The translations under genes and the position numbers were made by a program. DNA of 61,333 bases, the filler included, from Basidiobolus ranarum (lineage: Eukaryota): the NCBI GenBank assembly GCA_040143965.1. It is 10 parts of 10 records of this genome, joined end to end, with 100 filler letters (N's around TTAATTAATTAA, not from the genome) between each part and the next. Parts side by side here need not be neighbours in the genome. Positions count along the whole stretch, not along the records: positions 6,159 to 12,211 come from JASJQH010001425.1; positions 12,312 to 18,362 come from JASJQH010001426.1; positions 18,463 to 24,510 come from JASJQH010001427.1; 7 more parts are not named here. One strand, given 5' to 3'. This document shows, piece by piece, positions 10,229 through 22,692 of the stretch. The first letter of the stretch is position 1. Every line of letters begins with the position of its first letter. Below the pieces are notes generated by a model. The model was not told where the DNA came from. It did not search any database and saw only the letters and a program-made list of their open reading frames with translations.

Positions 10229-13200
10229 ATAGATGTGTACTATCACCAAATTTGATGATAATCACAGATATATTCCATTAGCTAAAAACTCTAGAAAGGA
10301 AAGAAAACCAGCTGAAGAGGCACTCTAACAGCATGAAGTTAGTAAACCCAAGGGAAAAACAAAGAAGTCAGTGAGTTCTAAATACTACCATTATTCACTT
10401 CTGATATGCCTTCTCACAGCTGGGCCTGTTGAACATAATGAAAACATGTTCTATGCTCTGGTTGATGTTTACAATGAAGGCTTCCAAGCTCAATGCCTTC
10501 TGTCAGAAGCAGCTACACATTGTAACTCAACATGGGTTACTTACAACTGATCTTTGCAATGACCAAAGAGTAACACATTTTCCCTTAGATGCCAGTCTTT
10601 TCATTCTTATGTGTGCCAGATGAGCAATATGAGACCATTTGTCTCAGTATCACATTAGTACCAAAAAACCCCCAAGAATACAATTAAAAGTTATAAGTAA
10701 AGTTTCTAAATACAATGGGTTCAAATCAAAATAAAGTACTGGATCCTAGAACTACACTATGGTAAAAAGATTCTTGCATAATAAAGATATACCACCAGTA
10801 TTTGTGCAATCATCAACTACTGGCCTCTCACAAACATCAGCATTAATAACACCTTTCTGCATGGCCAAAGACAAAGAGGAAGTGGCATTCAATACTGATG
10901 GTCAAAGTGAACTAGGATGCAAGTGAGAGTTATTGTATGAGGATTGAAGTTCCTTGTCTATGAAGACAATGTAGGGAGAAATAATAGAAAGTGTCAGAAA
11001 TGTAATACCTATATGTCAGCACTTTCTCTGAACCAGTCAAGTCCTTGCTAAATTACCAATATCTAGTAGTCTCTCTTAACTTTTACTATGAAAATTTATC
11101 AAAGGGCAATGGTAGTATAGCTAGTGTGTTTGTTAGGAACCTGAAAAAAAACTAAAAAAAAATCTCTTTTGCTACAGAGAGCTATTGGGAGATTTCAGGG
11201 AGAATATTATGATAACAAAGTATGGTTTTCACTTCTTCGTTTATCAATTGGAACTCTGATACTTACACTTTTATCACCAATACCATTAACTAAAAATGGG
11301 ATCATGGTAGGAGATATGAAAGGATTCTAAGTAAAAAGTTTGGTGACTTTACGACAACTTTTTAATTTCTACCTAAATTTAATATCCTGATTGTCATTCA
11401 TCAGAACCAAGTAGATACAAATTAATTTGAAGTACAAAAACAATATCTCCCAAAATCTCATATCTGATTTAACTCTATATGAAGTGATAGGCATGCATTT
11501 CAACAAGGCAAAAGTTCTATGTATATAACTTAGTGCAAGTGGCTTAGCTTACTAATAGATGAATGGGTTTAGGATGGCACAGTAGTGGCTGTAAATGATG
11601 GTGAATGGGGAGTTGGGGGTGAGCAGCACCACAGTTGCCATATAATGTTATTTCTAAGACATTCATAAAATCAAGGAATGTTTGACAGGGAAATCATTTT
11701 TATAAGCAAAGTCTAAGCATAATTAGTCAGTTTGCAATTTATTAGGATCCATCTGAAACAATGGAATATTCCATCATTTAGAAATAGGCTGTAGCAATGT
11801 GTGTAATATACAAAGAAAGTCAATGGTAATAAAGATATGCTGTGAACAAGCAAAATCATTTTTATAAAAAGTACTTTAAGGTGCCAATCCTGCAATAGAT
11901 TAGCAAATGAATAATATACTGTGTTAAAAGAGATGGGGAGACATATAGGTGGATTACACAATAATCCCATTACATCCATTCATCTCAAAATCTATAACAT
12001 CAATGAGAAATAGATTTGACACAGGTTGGGGAAGTATTCCTGATTTGGAAAAGTTCAAGTTGATATTGAGTAATTAGCAGTTTAATTAGAGTTCAATCAA
12101 GTTTGCAAATATAGTAGCTTCCATTGCCCACAGCTTTGATAATTTTCCATCATCCCCCCATCCTGATCCCTCCGGCGGGTTTGCGAAGGCCCTTGGGAGC
12201 CCTGAGGGCCCNNNNNNNNNNNNNNNNNNNNNNNNNNNNNNNNNNNNNNNNNNNNTTAATTAATTAANNNNNNNNNNNNNNNNNNNNNNNNNNNNNNNNN
12301 NNNNNNNNNNNATAGCAGGGCTTCTTTAAATGTTTCTGTTACAGCATGAGAAGAATATTATGTAAAAAAGAACACCTACTATGTAAGGGTGGTATTTTAG
12401 ATATATCTCACAAATATCATCAGCTGATTCTGAGACAGTGTCACAGACAAGACATCAGGGGATTTACAAGATATTTCTGGTAACAGATAGCAATTTGGTT
12501 TATTATAAGCTGTTTCTAAGCAATTTCATTACATCAAGTTTACCATCTGTATGTTTCAATGCTATTGAAAAAGATTTCAAAATCTAAATCAAAATCAGCT
12601 TCCAAGCAAAAGCTTGCTGGCACAAAAGAAAAAAAACCAGCAAGAACAGAGGAATTAATTGATGAGCAGTCTAGCAATCCACTATCCATATTGAAAGGCA
12701 TTAATATGCTGGAAACTGACTCAAGTAATGATGAAGCATTAATCAATTTACCAGATGTGTTCCTTCCCAGCAATAGTGCAAGTGAAGAGATTATAATTCC
12801 CCAATTACATAGTAAATCAATAGTTGAGCAAAGTTCAACAGAAATACCATCAAGACCATCAACTTCTGCTTCTATCTCAACACTGCACAACTGCTAAAAG
12901 AGAAGATATTTTAGTGTTGACATCACTAGTGATTCTATATCTGTACATCCATTAGGATCAGAGGTTTCTGATAGAAGTTGATGCAATTTGATTAAGATTT
13001 ACACTCACTGTCAATATTGAGTTCCACGATATAACTGTAATAACAGCGTTGAAGTTAAAAGTTTAGATGTGTGCATATAGGTGCAAAGTGAGTGTGTAGA
13101 CCAGTATATAAAAAGCAAACTCATAACAACCAATAACCAAAAACCAGACCCCCACGGAAATGAAATCGGGATTCGGCATAGTTCCGGACTATATATCATT

Positions 13201-13648
13201 AAAACATGTAAGGCAGGCAGTATCAAAACATTTGTATCACGGGTGAAGGAATCTAACCTACTGAATGATTATCGAAATTCACTTACACCAATTTCAGTAA
13301 TTTCCGGATATATATAGCCATATTACATGCTATTCACGTGCTATCTGCGATTTTATTAAAGTTTGACTAATCATATTCCATTACGAATGACGTTAGGGTG
13401 TTCATGTGACTACCATACGATAATCTCAATTTAGTACAGCACCTACAGGCAAAGTAAGTTAGCAGTCACGTTTCGCAGAGATCTTAAGTAGACGAACTTT
13501 GCGGTAACCTTCATATCATACTAGTTGAAATATACACAACACCACTTGAACATATACACTGTTTGTATCGTCAGAGATTTAATATATTAGGTTACCTTTT
13601 CCATTTTTACTTATCTTACCTGCTTTAGTTACTTCATCAACTATATCT

Positions 13649-14957
13649 ATGGATACAAAAAGTTTTTCCGTTTCTGAGAAAGAAGAATGGCACACGCACG
13701 ATGGCATCACTTTTTATACAAGATTATATGAGGTATACTCCAAATGAGTTGTTCTCTTGTGCATACTGGTTAATTAGATATCATATTACAGGTTTCTCCA
13801 AAACCACGCGCCACTGTGACTCTTGTTCATGGGTTGGGGGAGCATTGCGATCGTTATGAAGAGATGGGAAGATATTTTGGAGCTCGCGGAATACAGCTAT
13901 TTACTTTTGACCAACGTGGTTTTGGTAAAACTGGATATCGTAGCCCGCCTTTAGGCCATACCGACGGCTTCGATAAAGTTTTAAAGGATGTAGACTACTT
14001 TGTTCAAAAAGCACGCTATTCTGATTTGTCAGTACCTCATTTTCTGGTATGCCTATTTTATCAATTTACTTACATACGATGAGAATGCTAACAATGTATA
14101 ACATCTAGTTTGGCCACTCGATGGGAGGCATGATTGTCTTGAATTATGGGGCGGTATATGGAAGTAAGAGTGAACTAGCGGGAATAATAGCTTCAGGTAA
14201 TGTGAGTCTCGCTGAATTCGTATGTGTGACCTGTCACTGAGAGTTTCTTCGTTGTAGCCCCCTGTATTGCCACTGGTAAAGATTATGCACTTGGGGGATT
14301 TCTTTCCAAGGTTGTTGGAATATTGGGATCCATTCCTCTCATCAAGACGTTACCTGTCCGCCCCAATATCAGTTAAGGCCTGATGAAATGATTCTCTATG
14401 AGCTCCCTTCACTCACATTTTTTATAGAGGCTAAAGATTTAAGCTTCAATGAGCAATCAAATCTGGATTACGTAGGCAGCATGTACAATCTTGATTATGC
14501 CTCGATTAACTGTGGTTGGTAACTTCACTGCATTCTTTTAAAAAATCCTCTTTAACATCTCTTTAGTATCCGATTTGGATTATTATGGAAAAATTCTCCT
14601 GACCGAACGCCACAAGAACTTCTTGATACCAGTACTACTAGCACATGGTGATGCCGATCGAATTACCAGGTTAGTAATTAACATCTTTTTGTCTCTCCCT
14701 ACTATCAACATCGTTCTAACCTATATCTTAGTTGTGAGGCAACAACGCAATTCTACGAACTGTTAGAAGCTGACAAAACCCTTAAAATTTGGCCAGGTTT
14801 GGCTCATGAAGGTAACTTTAAAAGACATCAATTTAATTGAACTTGGCAATTTATCAACATATCGCTCTACATAGCTCATTTTGAGGATTGTAAGCTAGAA
14901 GTGTTAGAATATTATACCCAATGGTTGGAACAGAAGATCCAAAAAGATGAGAAGTAA
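13649..14957 (+). CDS. Alpha/beta hydrolase, monoglyceride lipase/lysophospholipase (Yju3-like); multi-exon
   Basis: LVHGLGEHCDRY, FDQRGFG, nucleophile FGHSMGG, LLAHGDADRIT, KIWPGLAHE. ATG 13649, TAA 14955-14957, GT-AG introns. Confidence 0.9.
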
Positions 14958-15392
14958 GTGGTTATTGTTCAACTAAATAGAGTTCACCTTACGCTAATTC
15001 TTACGTATCATCTAGCTGGCCAAGTTTGGCGAAAGCTTCTCAGGTCGAGTAGACTTGTTCAAATAGTCTCCAAGTATACTGATATCTTATCTATCAACTA
15101 TTTCTGTTTAAATAAACCTCTTTACTCTACATTAATCTCAAGTTTTGGATTACGAAAAACAAAACCTTTCATCCGCCTCTAAATATGGAATTAACTTAAG
15201 AAGCATATTACTCCTTGTCAAGCAGCTACGGCAATTTAAATAATCAGTGCATAAATATGTACTACATTGGGGTAATAGGAGTAAAATCACACAAGTGTGA
15301 ACAGTACAATGGCTACTTGGTTACCTAACAACTTGTATAAATATTGAAGTTTCCTCATGTTTGAACTTCATCCATATCTACTGTACTCAATC

Positions 15393-15662
15393 ATGAAATT
15401 TTACTCTACAATCGTCGCTCTCTTCGTTTTTAGCCAGGCTGTTATCGCATGTGATAGCATGGAGAACAAATGCTCTTCCGAAGATGACCGTACCATCACT
15501 CGCTGTGTCAACGGTGATTGGGTCGACACTTCGTGTGGTGAAGGAACAGTTTGCCGTGAAAAAGATCAATTAGTATACTGTGACTATCCCGAGGATTCAG
15601 AGGATGCAGATAGCAATGAAGAAGATCAGGGTGATGAAGGTGATCAGGATGAGGACGACTAG
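15393..15662 (+). CDS. Small secreted 6-Cys CBM19-like (putative chitin-binding) protein with acidic tail; paralog 1
   Basis: Signal peptide MKFYSTIVALFVFSQAVIA; C..C..RCVNGDWVDTSCGEGTVC..YCDY; D/E tail; TATAAA upstream. Confidence 0.8.
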   Translation: MKFYSTIVALFVFSQAVIACDSMENKCSSEDDRTITRCVNGDWVDTSCGEGTVCREKDQLVYCDYPEDSEDADSNEEDQGDEGDQDEDD

Positions 15663-16828
15663 ATATATTATTCAAGCCACCGAGACAAAATGCTAAAATG
15701 TAGCAGATATTGCCGAACTGATTATTACAATATACAGATATAATAAATAAATATGCTTTGATATCACACCCATATTTCATGCTGACAACTTTCTTCTTAA
15801 TTACGAGTTGTAATATCCGGTATTCAGCTCTAGCGCGTGTCTATCCTATTGCCCGTCAGTCACTGTCTGGCTACAGAGTGAGGATAATTAGAGTAGCGTA
15901 AATTCTCATTGCTCAAAGTGATACATGAAATGACAAGTGCTTATCCTCTTCTCATATACAAATAGCAAATGATTTGAGCAGTAACGCTGCTTTTCAATGG
16001 GATAGAGGAAGTAGAGTATTGTATAACCGAGTATGGTACACTGATTAAGATACTTCTGAGAGAATCTTGAACTCCAGCTGAATAATATTTCTGAAAGCTC
16101 TAATTATTACCAGTAACTCACAGTTGAACGTTTCAATGCTCAAGAGAGCGTGTAATGTTAATATCTGTGACTTTTACGTGCTGTTTCCAACATTAGAGTA
16201 CCCATGAATAACACTTGAGTAGTTGTACTAAGAATGAAGTCTCCTTCATAGAGATAAACCTCGAAAATAAGCTTCCTAAATATTCATTCTCGTTCTTTTT
16301 TGGCCAAATTATAATGGTATTTTCCCATACAGAAACTAAGTTCTCTGCCAAAGATGCAACTATTTGGTTAGTCTATCGTATTACTTGTTTATCCTCTCGT
16401 TATTAGCGTATAGTATCGTAATGTAATACACTCCACAAGCGAAATAAAAGAAATCAGAAATATCATTAACCTTTCGTCTGATGAACTTTAACAGGTGACA
16501 AGCAATATCGCACCAAGATAATCTATGCCATCTCAAATGCAAATTGTGAATAATTCGAGTGATGTATGGCTCATATATACCTAGTGTCACAACAGGTATC
16601 CTCCATCATATTTTAGAATGTGGCTAACATTAATGACCCATAATTGAATCATCGTGTTACTGCAATCCAATTATTCGAAAGAGATTCATCATTATGCATG
16701 ATATGTAAGATTGTAAGATGGCATAATCATTCAAATAATATCGCGTAATAATGTAAAAATACTTTATTTGTGTTTGACGCCAAATCTAGGCCATAGAGGA
16801 AAATGAACTTTGGCTTATCCTGGTCGCC

Positions 16829-17148
16829 TTAGTGATCCCCTTCCCAGTCTTCATCATTATGCCAGTCATCATCGTGGCCATCTTCGTGATGTTCCCCTTC
16901 CCAGTTGTTGTGTTCGTCGTGGCCACCTTCCCGATCTCCATCATGATCCCATTCCTTGTGGTCATCAGCATGGTCACAGAATGGCCCGGTGTGATCTTTC
17001 TCATGACAAACTGTCCCTTCGCCACACATAGTCTTGACCCAGTCGTCATTGACACAACGGACGATGGTGCGATCATCGTCAGAAGAGCACTTGCTCTCCA
17101 TGTTATTACACCCGATCACAACCTGACTCAGTAAAGCGAGTACTTCAT
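16829..17148 (-). pseudogene. CBM19-like paralog 2 with His/Asp-rich tail; signal-peptide region frameshifted
   Basis: The ATG at 17148 reads MKYSLY*. It lies 29 nt before the conserved VI(G/A)C, versus 48 nt in paralog 1. The Cys domain is otherwise intact. Confidence 0.65.
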
Positions 17149-18067
17149 TGGTTTAGTATTAATATCTAGTATGTAAGAGTAATGTATTTGAAAAACAAAC
17201 ACCACCACACAATAATATTTATAGTTACTAGATGAAGATGGAGATAAACATTCAAGTATACCCATGCTAACTTCTGTGATCATTATGCACTTGGTCAAAA
17301 GAAAGTGTACTCCTAGGCTGCACCTACATGTCCATGCCCAGACCGCTTCAGGGATTTACACCCAATTTAGCAAGTTGAACATTTTTGGATAGCTTCATAT
17401 ATCCTGTATTGCATATTAAAGCATGAAGTTGACTACTACTCTATCGTTTTATTGTCTTTATTAACTTATATACTTCGGTGATTTAAAATCATTTGATAAA
17501 ACTCAAGAAATATTCAGTTTCAATTCAGTAAATAACTTCGAATCTCAATATATTAACATAGTTCGTTATAGTTGGTGAAAATTCCATTTCAAATCGAATG
17601 CTCCAAGTCTAATGATAAAAACTCTAAGGGATATAAGAATCTCCTAAATCCTCTAATGCCTTATGTCGCAACCGACGTCTCAAATCTTGCAGCCATTGAC
17701 ACCAATCAGCGCGATATGGTCAATGCAAACATTTAGTTCATCGAATCGTGAGCTTAGTTCAGTCTAACTACTTACATGATATGCTTGGGTGCATCAGGAG
17801 TACGAGAGTGTTATATTTCAAGTAACCTAATATAGGCAAGAAATGTTCGTCGAGATTCAGACAATAGGTAGGTCTTAATTTTTAGTGAGCTCTGCATAAA
17901 ATGGAGTACTTTGTTCCCAATAGATATAAGGTAAATTCATTTATGTCTTAATACAGTACGAAGATAAGAGTATTAATGATTGTAGAATGGATTTATTTAT
18001 GCTAAAACGTGACTTTGATCATGAATCTATGCCAACATGGTATTTGTTCACAAACTTAATGTTGACC

Positions 18068-18362
18068 CTAATCTTCATGGTGATCGTGACCATCTTCGTG
18101 GTGGTCTTCCCAGTCTTCATCATTGTGCCAGTCGTCGTGATGGTCATCGTCGTGATGATCATCTTCCCAGTCTTCATCGTGGTGGTCTTCCCAATCTCCA
18201 TCATGATCCGATTCCTCGTGGTCATCGGCATAGTCACAGAATGGTCCGGTGTGGTCCTTCTCACGACAAACAGTCTCTTCACCGCACATGGTCTTAACCC
18301 AGTCGTCATTGACACAACGAACAATGGTACGGTCATCCTCAGAGGAGCACTTGCTCTCCATA
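18068..18362 (-). CDS. CBM19-like paralog 3 with His/Asp/Trp-repeat tail; 5' truncated by contig end
   Basis: MESKCSSEDDRTIVRCVNDDWVKTMCGEETVC..FCDY, then a 53-aa tail with 14 His and 4 Trp. Confidence 0.8.
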
Positions 18363-18462
18363 NNNNNNNNNNNNNNNNNNNNNNNNNNNNNNNNNNNNNN
18401 NNNNNNTTAATTAATTAANNNNNNNNNNNNNNNNNNNNNNNNNNNNNNNNNNNNNNNNNNNN

Positions 18463-19800
18463 ACAAACCCAGTTCTATTAGCCTTATATGTAGATGACCT
18501 TATTATAGCACCCAATGACTTGAAGACTTTGGAGAAAATCAAATCCAGCTTATCTGCCAAATTCAAAATGACTGATTGTGGTGAACTGACATACTATCTT
18601 GGAATCCAAATTATGATAGATAGAACTACCAAAACAATAACTTTAAACCTGTCTAAGTATATCCCAGATATACTAAAGAAGTTTAAAGTGGAAGAATGTA
18701 ATCCAGTATCTACTCCAATGGAGACATATCTTAACTTGACTAAAAATGGCTCAAATTAGATGTTTTTGGATTCAAATGAAAGCCAGAAATTTGTTAACAC
18801 TCTATGGTTGGAAGTTTGATGTATATCATGGTTAGAGCATGGCCAGATAATGCATATTCTGTGTGAAATATGTGTCAATATCTTGAAAATTATGGATATG
18901 ATTAAACCATAGCAGTTTAGTGGATTTTTGGATATTTGAAAGGTATGGTGAATCTGTGCTTAAAATACACATATTCTGGATCAAACTTTGATCTTATGGA
19001 GTATTTAGATGCAAATTGGAGAATAGATATTGATGACAGGAGATCTGTAACAGGATACTTATTTCATGGATGTAATGGAGCTATTTCTTGGAATTCAATG
19101 AAACAACCCACCATAGCATTTTCAGCAATAGAATCAGAATACATGACTGCCTGTGAAGCAACAAAAGAAGTAATATAGTTAAGAAAACTCTTAACAGACT
19201 TAGGTTATTCTCAAAATTCAGTAACTTCAATATTTCAAGATAATCCAAGTTGTATCAAATTAGCTAAAAAACCCATGTTTCATGATAGAAGTATACATAT
19301 AGATATTAGACATCACCTCATTAGAGAGACTATAGAGAGTAACTTTATTGACTTAACTTATTGTTCTACAGAAGATATAATGGCTGATATATTAACCCAA
19401 CCATTAGCTAGACAGAAATTTGAAAAATTTAGGCCTTTATTAGGATTAGTTTATATGACTATTTAGTTGAGGGAGAGTGTTGAAATTAGCATTGCCTAAG
19501 CACCTATATAGTCATATATAGCTTGCACTTAGTTATCTTATATTACACTAGGATATTATCTATTATTCTCAATCAGAACTTACTTGGAATATTTTACCAA
19601 CTTGGAAGTTCTCAGATGTATGGATTTTTGAAACTTGTGCTAGAAGCCCCAAACCTTGCACACATGTTCCTGGGGCCTTCCTTGACACTATCTATATGTT
19701 AGTTTGTTTACATCTTGACAAAACTATAAATGTCAACTTTCTACTCAATAAATCAATAAGTTGAAACCACCAATTCCTCTAATTCTCCAAACCACTTTAA
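18463..19800 (+). mobile_element. Copia 3' portion: RT, RNase H, PPT, LTR family B from 19478 (3' end interrupted)
   Basis: LALYVDDLII, DRRSVTGY, ESEYMTACEA, MADILTQPL; GAGGGAGAG then TGTTGAAATTAG. Confidence 0.93.
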
Positions 19801-20092
19801 GAAATTAGCCCCAAACTTAAAGGCAAGTAAAAAGCTGCACAAACACTGCAAAGCACCCTCAGTAGTGTAATACTGCAAGGATGTATAAAAATAGTAAAAG
19901 TGCTTGAGGAGTATTTTCAAAAGTATGAAGGGAAAAACATAGTGCAAGTATGCAGAAAGTGGCTTCAGAAGAAGAACATTCATCTGGTGTTGACCATGCA
20001 GATATCTGGGAAGAACTTAATACAGAGTGACACAATATTGCAGGGTGTCTGTCATGATTCTGATGGTGGCATACTCATCCACTGCAAATAGA

Positions 20093-20857
20093 ACTTGACA
20101 AAACTATAAATGTCAACTTTCTACTCAATACATCAACAAGTGAAAACCACCAATTTCTCTAATTCTCCAAACCACTTCCAACAGGCTCCCAAATACTTTA
20201 AAAAGACATTCTCATATATATTGATTTTGAAACTTGTTCTAGAAGCTCCAAACTCAGCATGCATGTTCCTGGGACCTGGCTTAACAGACCCCATAATAGT
20301 TTGCTTATGTCATGACAAGCCAATAAATGTCAACTTCTACTCAAGAAATCCAAAAGAGAAAACTCCCTATTTCTTTAATTCTCAAGACTCCTTCCAATAG
20401 GTGCCCTAATTCTTTAACCAATCATTGGTTCCATCCAATTTTCAGAAAAAGGATAAGCTCCAGAAATTTGAAAAGTAAACATTAGAGGGAGTGCAAGCAA
20501 GAGGCTTATACCTGCAGGAGTATTCTGGGAGCTTGTTGAAAGTGATTTAAAATATTAGAAGAACTGGTGTCTTTCACCTCTTGATTTATTGAGTAAAAAG
20601 CTGAAATTTTTAGTTTTGTCTGAAGATAAGCAAATAAGCATTTATGTTGTGCTAAGAAAGGTCCCAGGAGCATGTGCTTAAAGTTTGGGGCTTCTAGAAC
20701 ATGTTTGAAAAATCCATATATCTGTGAACTTCCAAGGTTTTAAAAATATTCTAAATAAATTCCAATTGAAAAAGGGTTATCATATAGAAATAGGGAATTA
20801 CTAAATACTGAGCTTTATATAACTATATTGATGTCTAAGCTATATTAATTTCAGCAG
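20093..20857. mobile_element. Family B LTR fragments (+) and a degraded minus-strand 5' LTR with PBS and gag start (about 20423-20857)
   Basis: Direct similarity to 19478-19800 and to 38725-39192. Confidence 0.8.
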
Positions 20858-21227
20858 AAGACACTTCCAAGCCTATGGTTCACTTTTGACATATTTATCA
20901 CAAGGTATGACCAACTAGAAAAGATGCTTCAAGAAGAATCTTGGTTGAGAATGATATTGCTTGCACCCCAGTTTGATTAAGAAATATAGGAAGCTTCTAT
21001 ATTTATACATAATAGTGTGATCTAAAAATCATAATAATTTATGGAAATAAAATCCCATGTGATTATACTTTACTAAATTATTTGAGAAATCCCGTGCCGC
21101 AATTGCTAAACACGGTAAATACAGACGATTCTTAGCATAACAGACTCGTCATAGTACACGCAATATAAAATCAACCATCAAAAGGTTTCTAGGTTTATGT
21201 AGCTAAAACTAATTTTACTTAATTATA

Positions 21228-22031
21228 CTAATCCACTATTGGGGTGGCGAGATTATATGTCTTTCCACCTTGCGAGTAATCCTTACCAGCCTCACGCTCG
21301 TTGGCTGGTGGGAAAACTCGCCTTTTCTCGTCATAGTACGTGTCGCGAAGGTATCCTTCACGGGCTGCGTTGTAAGTGAGATAGACTGCTGTCCGGTTGC
21401 TCTTGGTGCTGTTAGGCCCTGACTTGTGTGGCAAGTAGGCTCCAAATACCAACAAGTCACGTGGCCCACAGGTTAGTGCCACCCACTCCTCTCCATCACA
21501 CCATTCGCGCGATATAGAGCCATCCTGCTCTTGTGGAAGCACCCCACGGTTGTGCCTCCTGGGCACTGCCCACAGACACCCATTCTCAGTCGTGAATGGG
21601 TCCACCCCAAACATCACAGTGACGTGCGACGATTGTCCAAACTGGATGAAAGCTGGGGCATCTTGATGAGCTGGAAAACCGCCACCTCCGGGCATCTTGA
21701 AGTTAATCTTCTCTTTGAACAACACCACAGCTTCTCCAGCCAGAGTCTCCAGAGCTGTCATCACCTTCTCTCCAAGGATGATGTTACGGAGAGTCTCTTG
21801 ATATGAGGTGAAGTTCTCTATGCGACACAACTGACGCTCTCCCGTCTCCACATTATTCTCATAGTATCGCATCCACTTCCCTTTCGTCTCTGGCCACTCT
21901 GTGACTTCCTGGATGGAGTTGGCCACTTGGCTGGTCTCTTCTACGGTGAGGAAGTCTTTCAGGATGATGTACCCTTCATTATTGTAGAATGCTTTTTGTT
22001 CCTCAGTAACGAAGTCGGTTTTGGCAGCCAT
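21228..22031 (-). CDS. phnY: Fe(II)/2-oxoglutarate dioxygenase, PhyH family, PhnY (2-aminoethylphosphonate dioxygenase)-like; intronless
   Basis: GKWMRYYE..GERQLCRIENF, VLFKEKINFKMPGGGGFPAHQDAPAF (HxD), YLPHKSGPN..R, C-terminal FPP..ER..GKDYS..YNLATPI. These match bacterial PhnY as I recall it along the whole length. Confidence 0.8.
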   Translation of the reverse strand: MAAKTDFVTEEQKAFYNNEGYIILKDFLTVEETSQVANSIQEVTEWPETKGKWMRYYENNVETGERQLCRIENFTSYQETLRNIILGEKVMTALETLAGEAVVLFKEKINFKMPGGGGFPAHQDAPAFIQFGQSSHVTVMFGVDPFTTENGCLWAVPRRHNRGVLPQEQDGSISREWCDGEEWVALTCGPRDLLVFGAYLPHKSGPNSTKSNRTAVYLTYNAAREGYLRDTYYDEKRRVFPPANEREAGKDYSQGGKTYNLATPIVD

Positions 22032-22692
22032 TGGCGATACATCAGAGAATATTTCTTGTACTGGTTGACATGTAGTATTTTATAATGGTTTAACTCCAGA
22101 ATGCTGAGAAACGCTAAGATTTGTGTGACTTGGGTGGTACTATTTTCCACCAATTAAACTTGTCATTATAAGCACATAGTTCTTAGATTGGCATGCTAGA
22201 AGATAATATTGAATTTTATCATTACACGCACAAAAACAGTGACTAACGGGCCTGCACCATCTTACCACTCGACTTGGTAAAACTCCTGCTCTGTGCAACG
22301 TTGAAGTGTCTTTGGAATATATACTACTGAACCGACTTTATCACTAATGGTAGGTCATAGTGCATCGGCGTCAAACAATGCGTGCATTCAAGTTGTTCGT
22401 CAATACTTCGGATGTTACATACATTTAACCCGAAGATCTTGAGTCGGTTATTTTCCGTAATTCGAGATCGTCTTTTCTTTGAAGTTATTCGATCATATGT
22501 ATTAGATATTTACTGCACCTGAACGAAGTTAAATTCACGTAAGGTATAATAGCTTCACCACGGACAATATTATAATCAATATTATGCGCTAATAGGTTAG
22601 GGGTTATGATATCTTACAACTATTTAATAGGATGCAAAGTAGGCGAATTGTTTGTAAACACTTGTTCTACATTCAGGGTCCTTTACTTCACA

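Noticed and set aside
12312-13010. 112-aa K/S-rich ORF 12559-12897
   Set aside because: Low complexity, inside CpG-depleted repeat-like DNA, with no domain evidence.
16786-18418. Overlapping hydrophobic and alternative-frame ORFs over the His-rich genes
   Set aside because: Shadow ORFs from GAY/CAY codon repeats lacking stops on the opposite strand.
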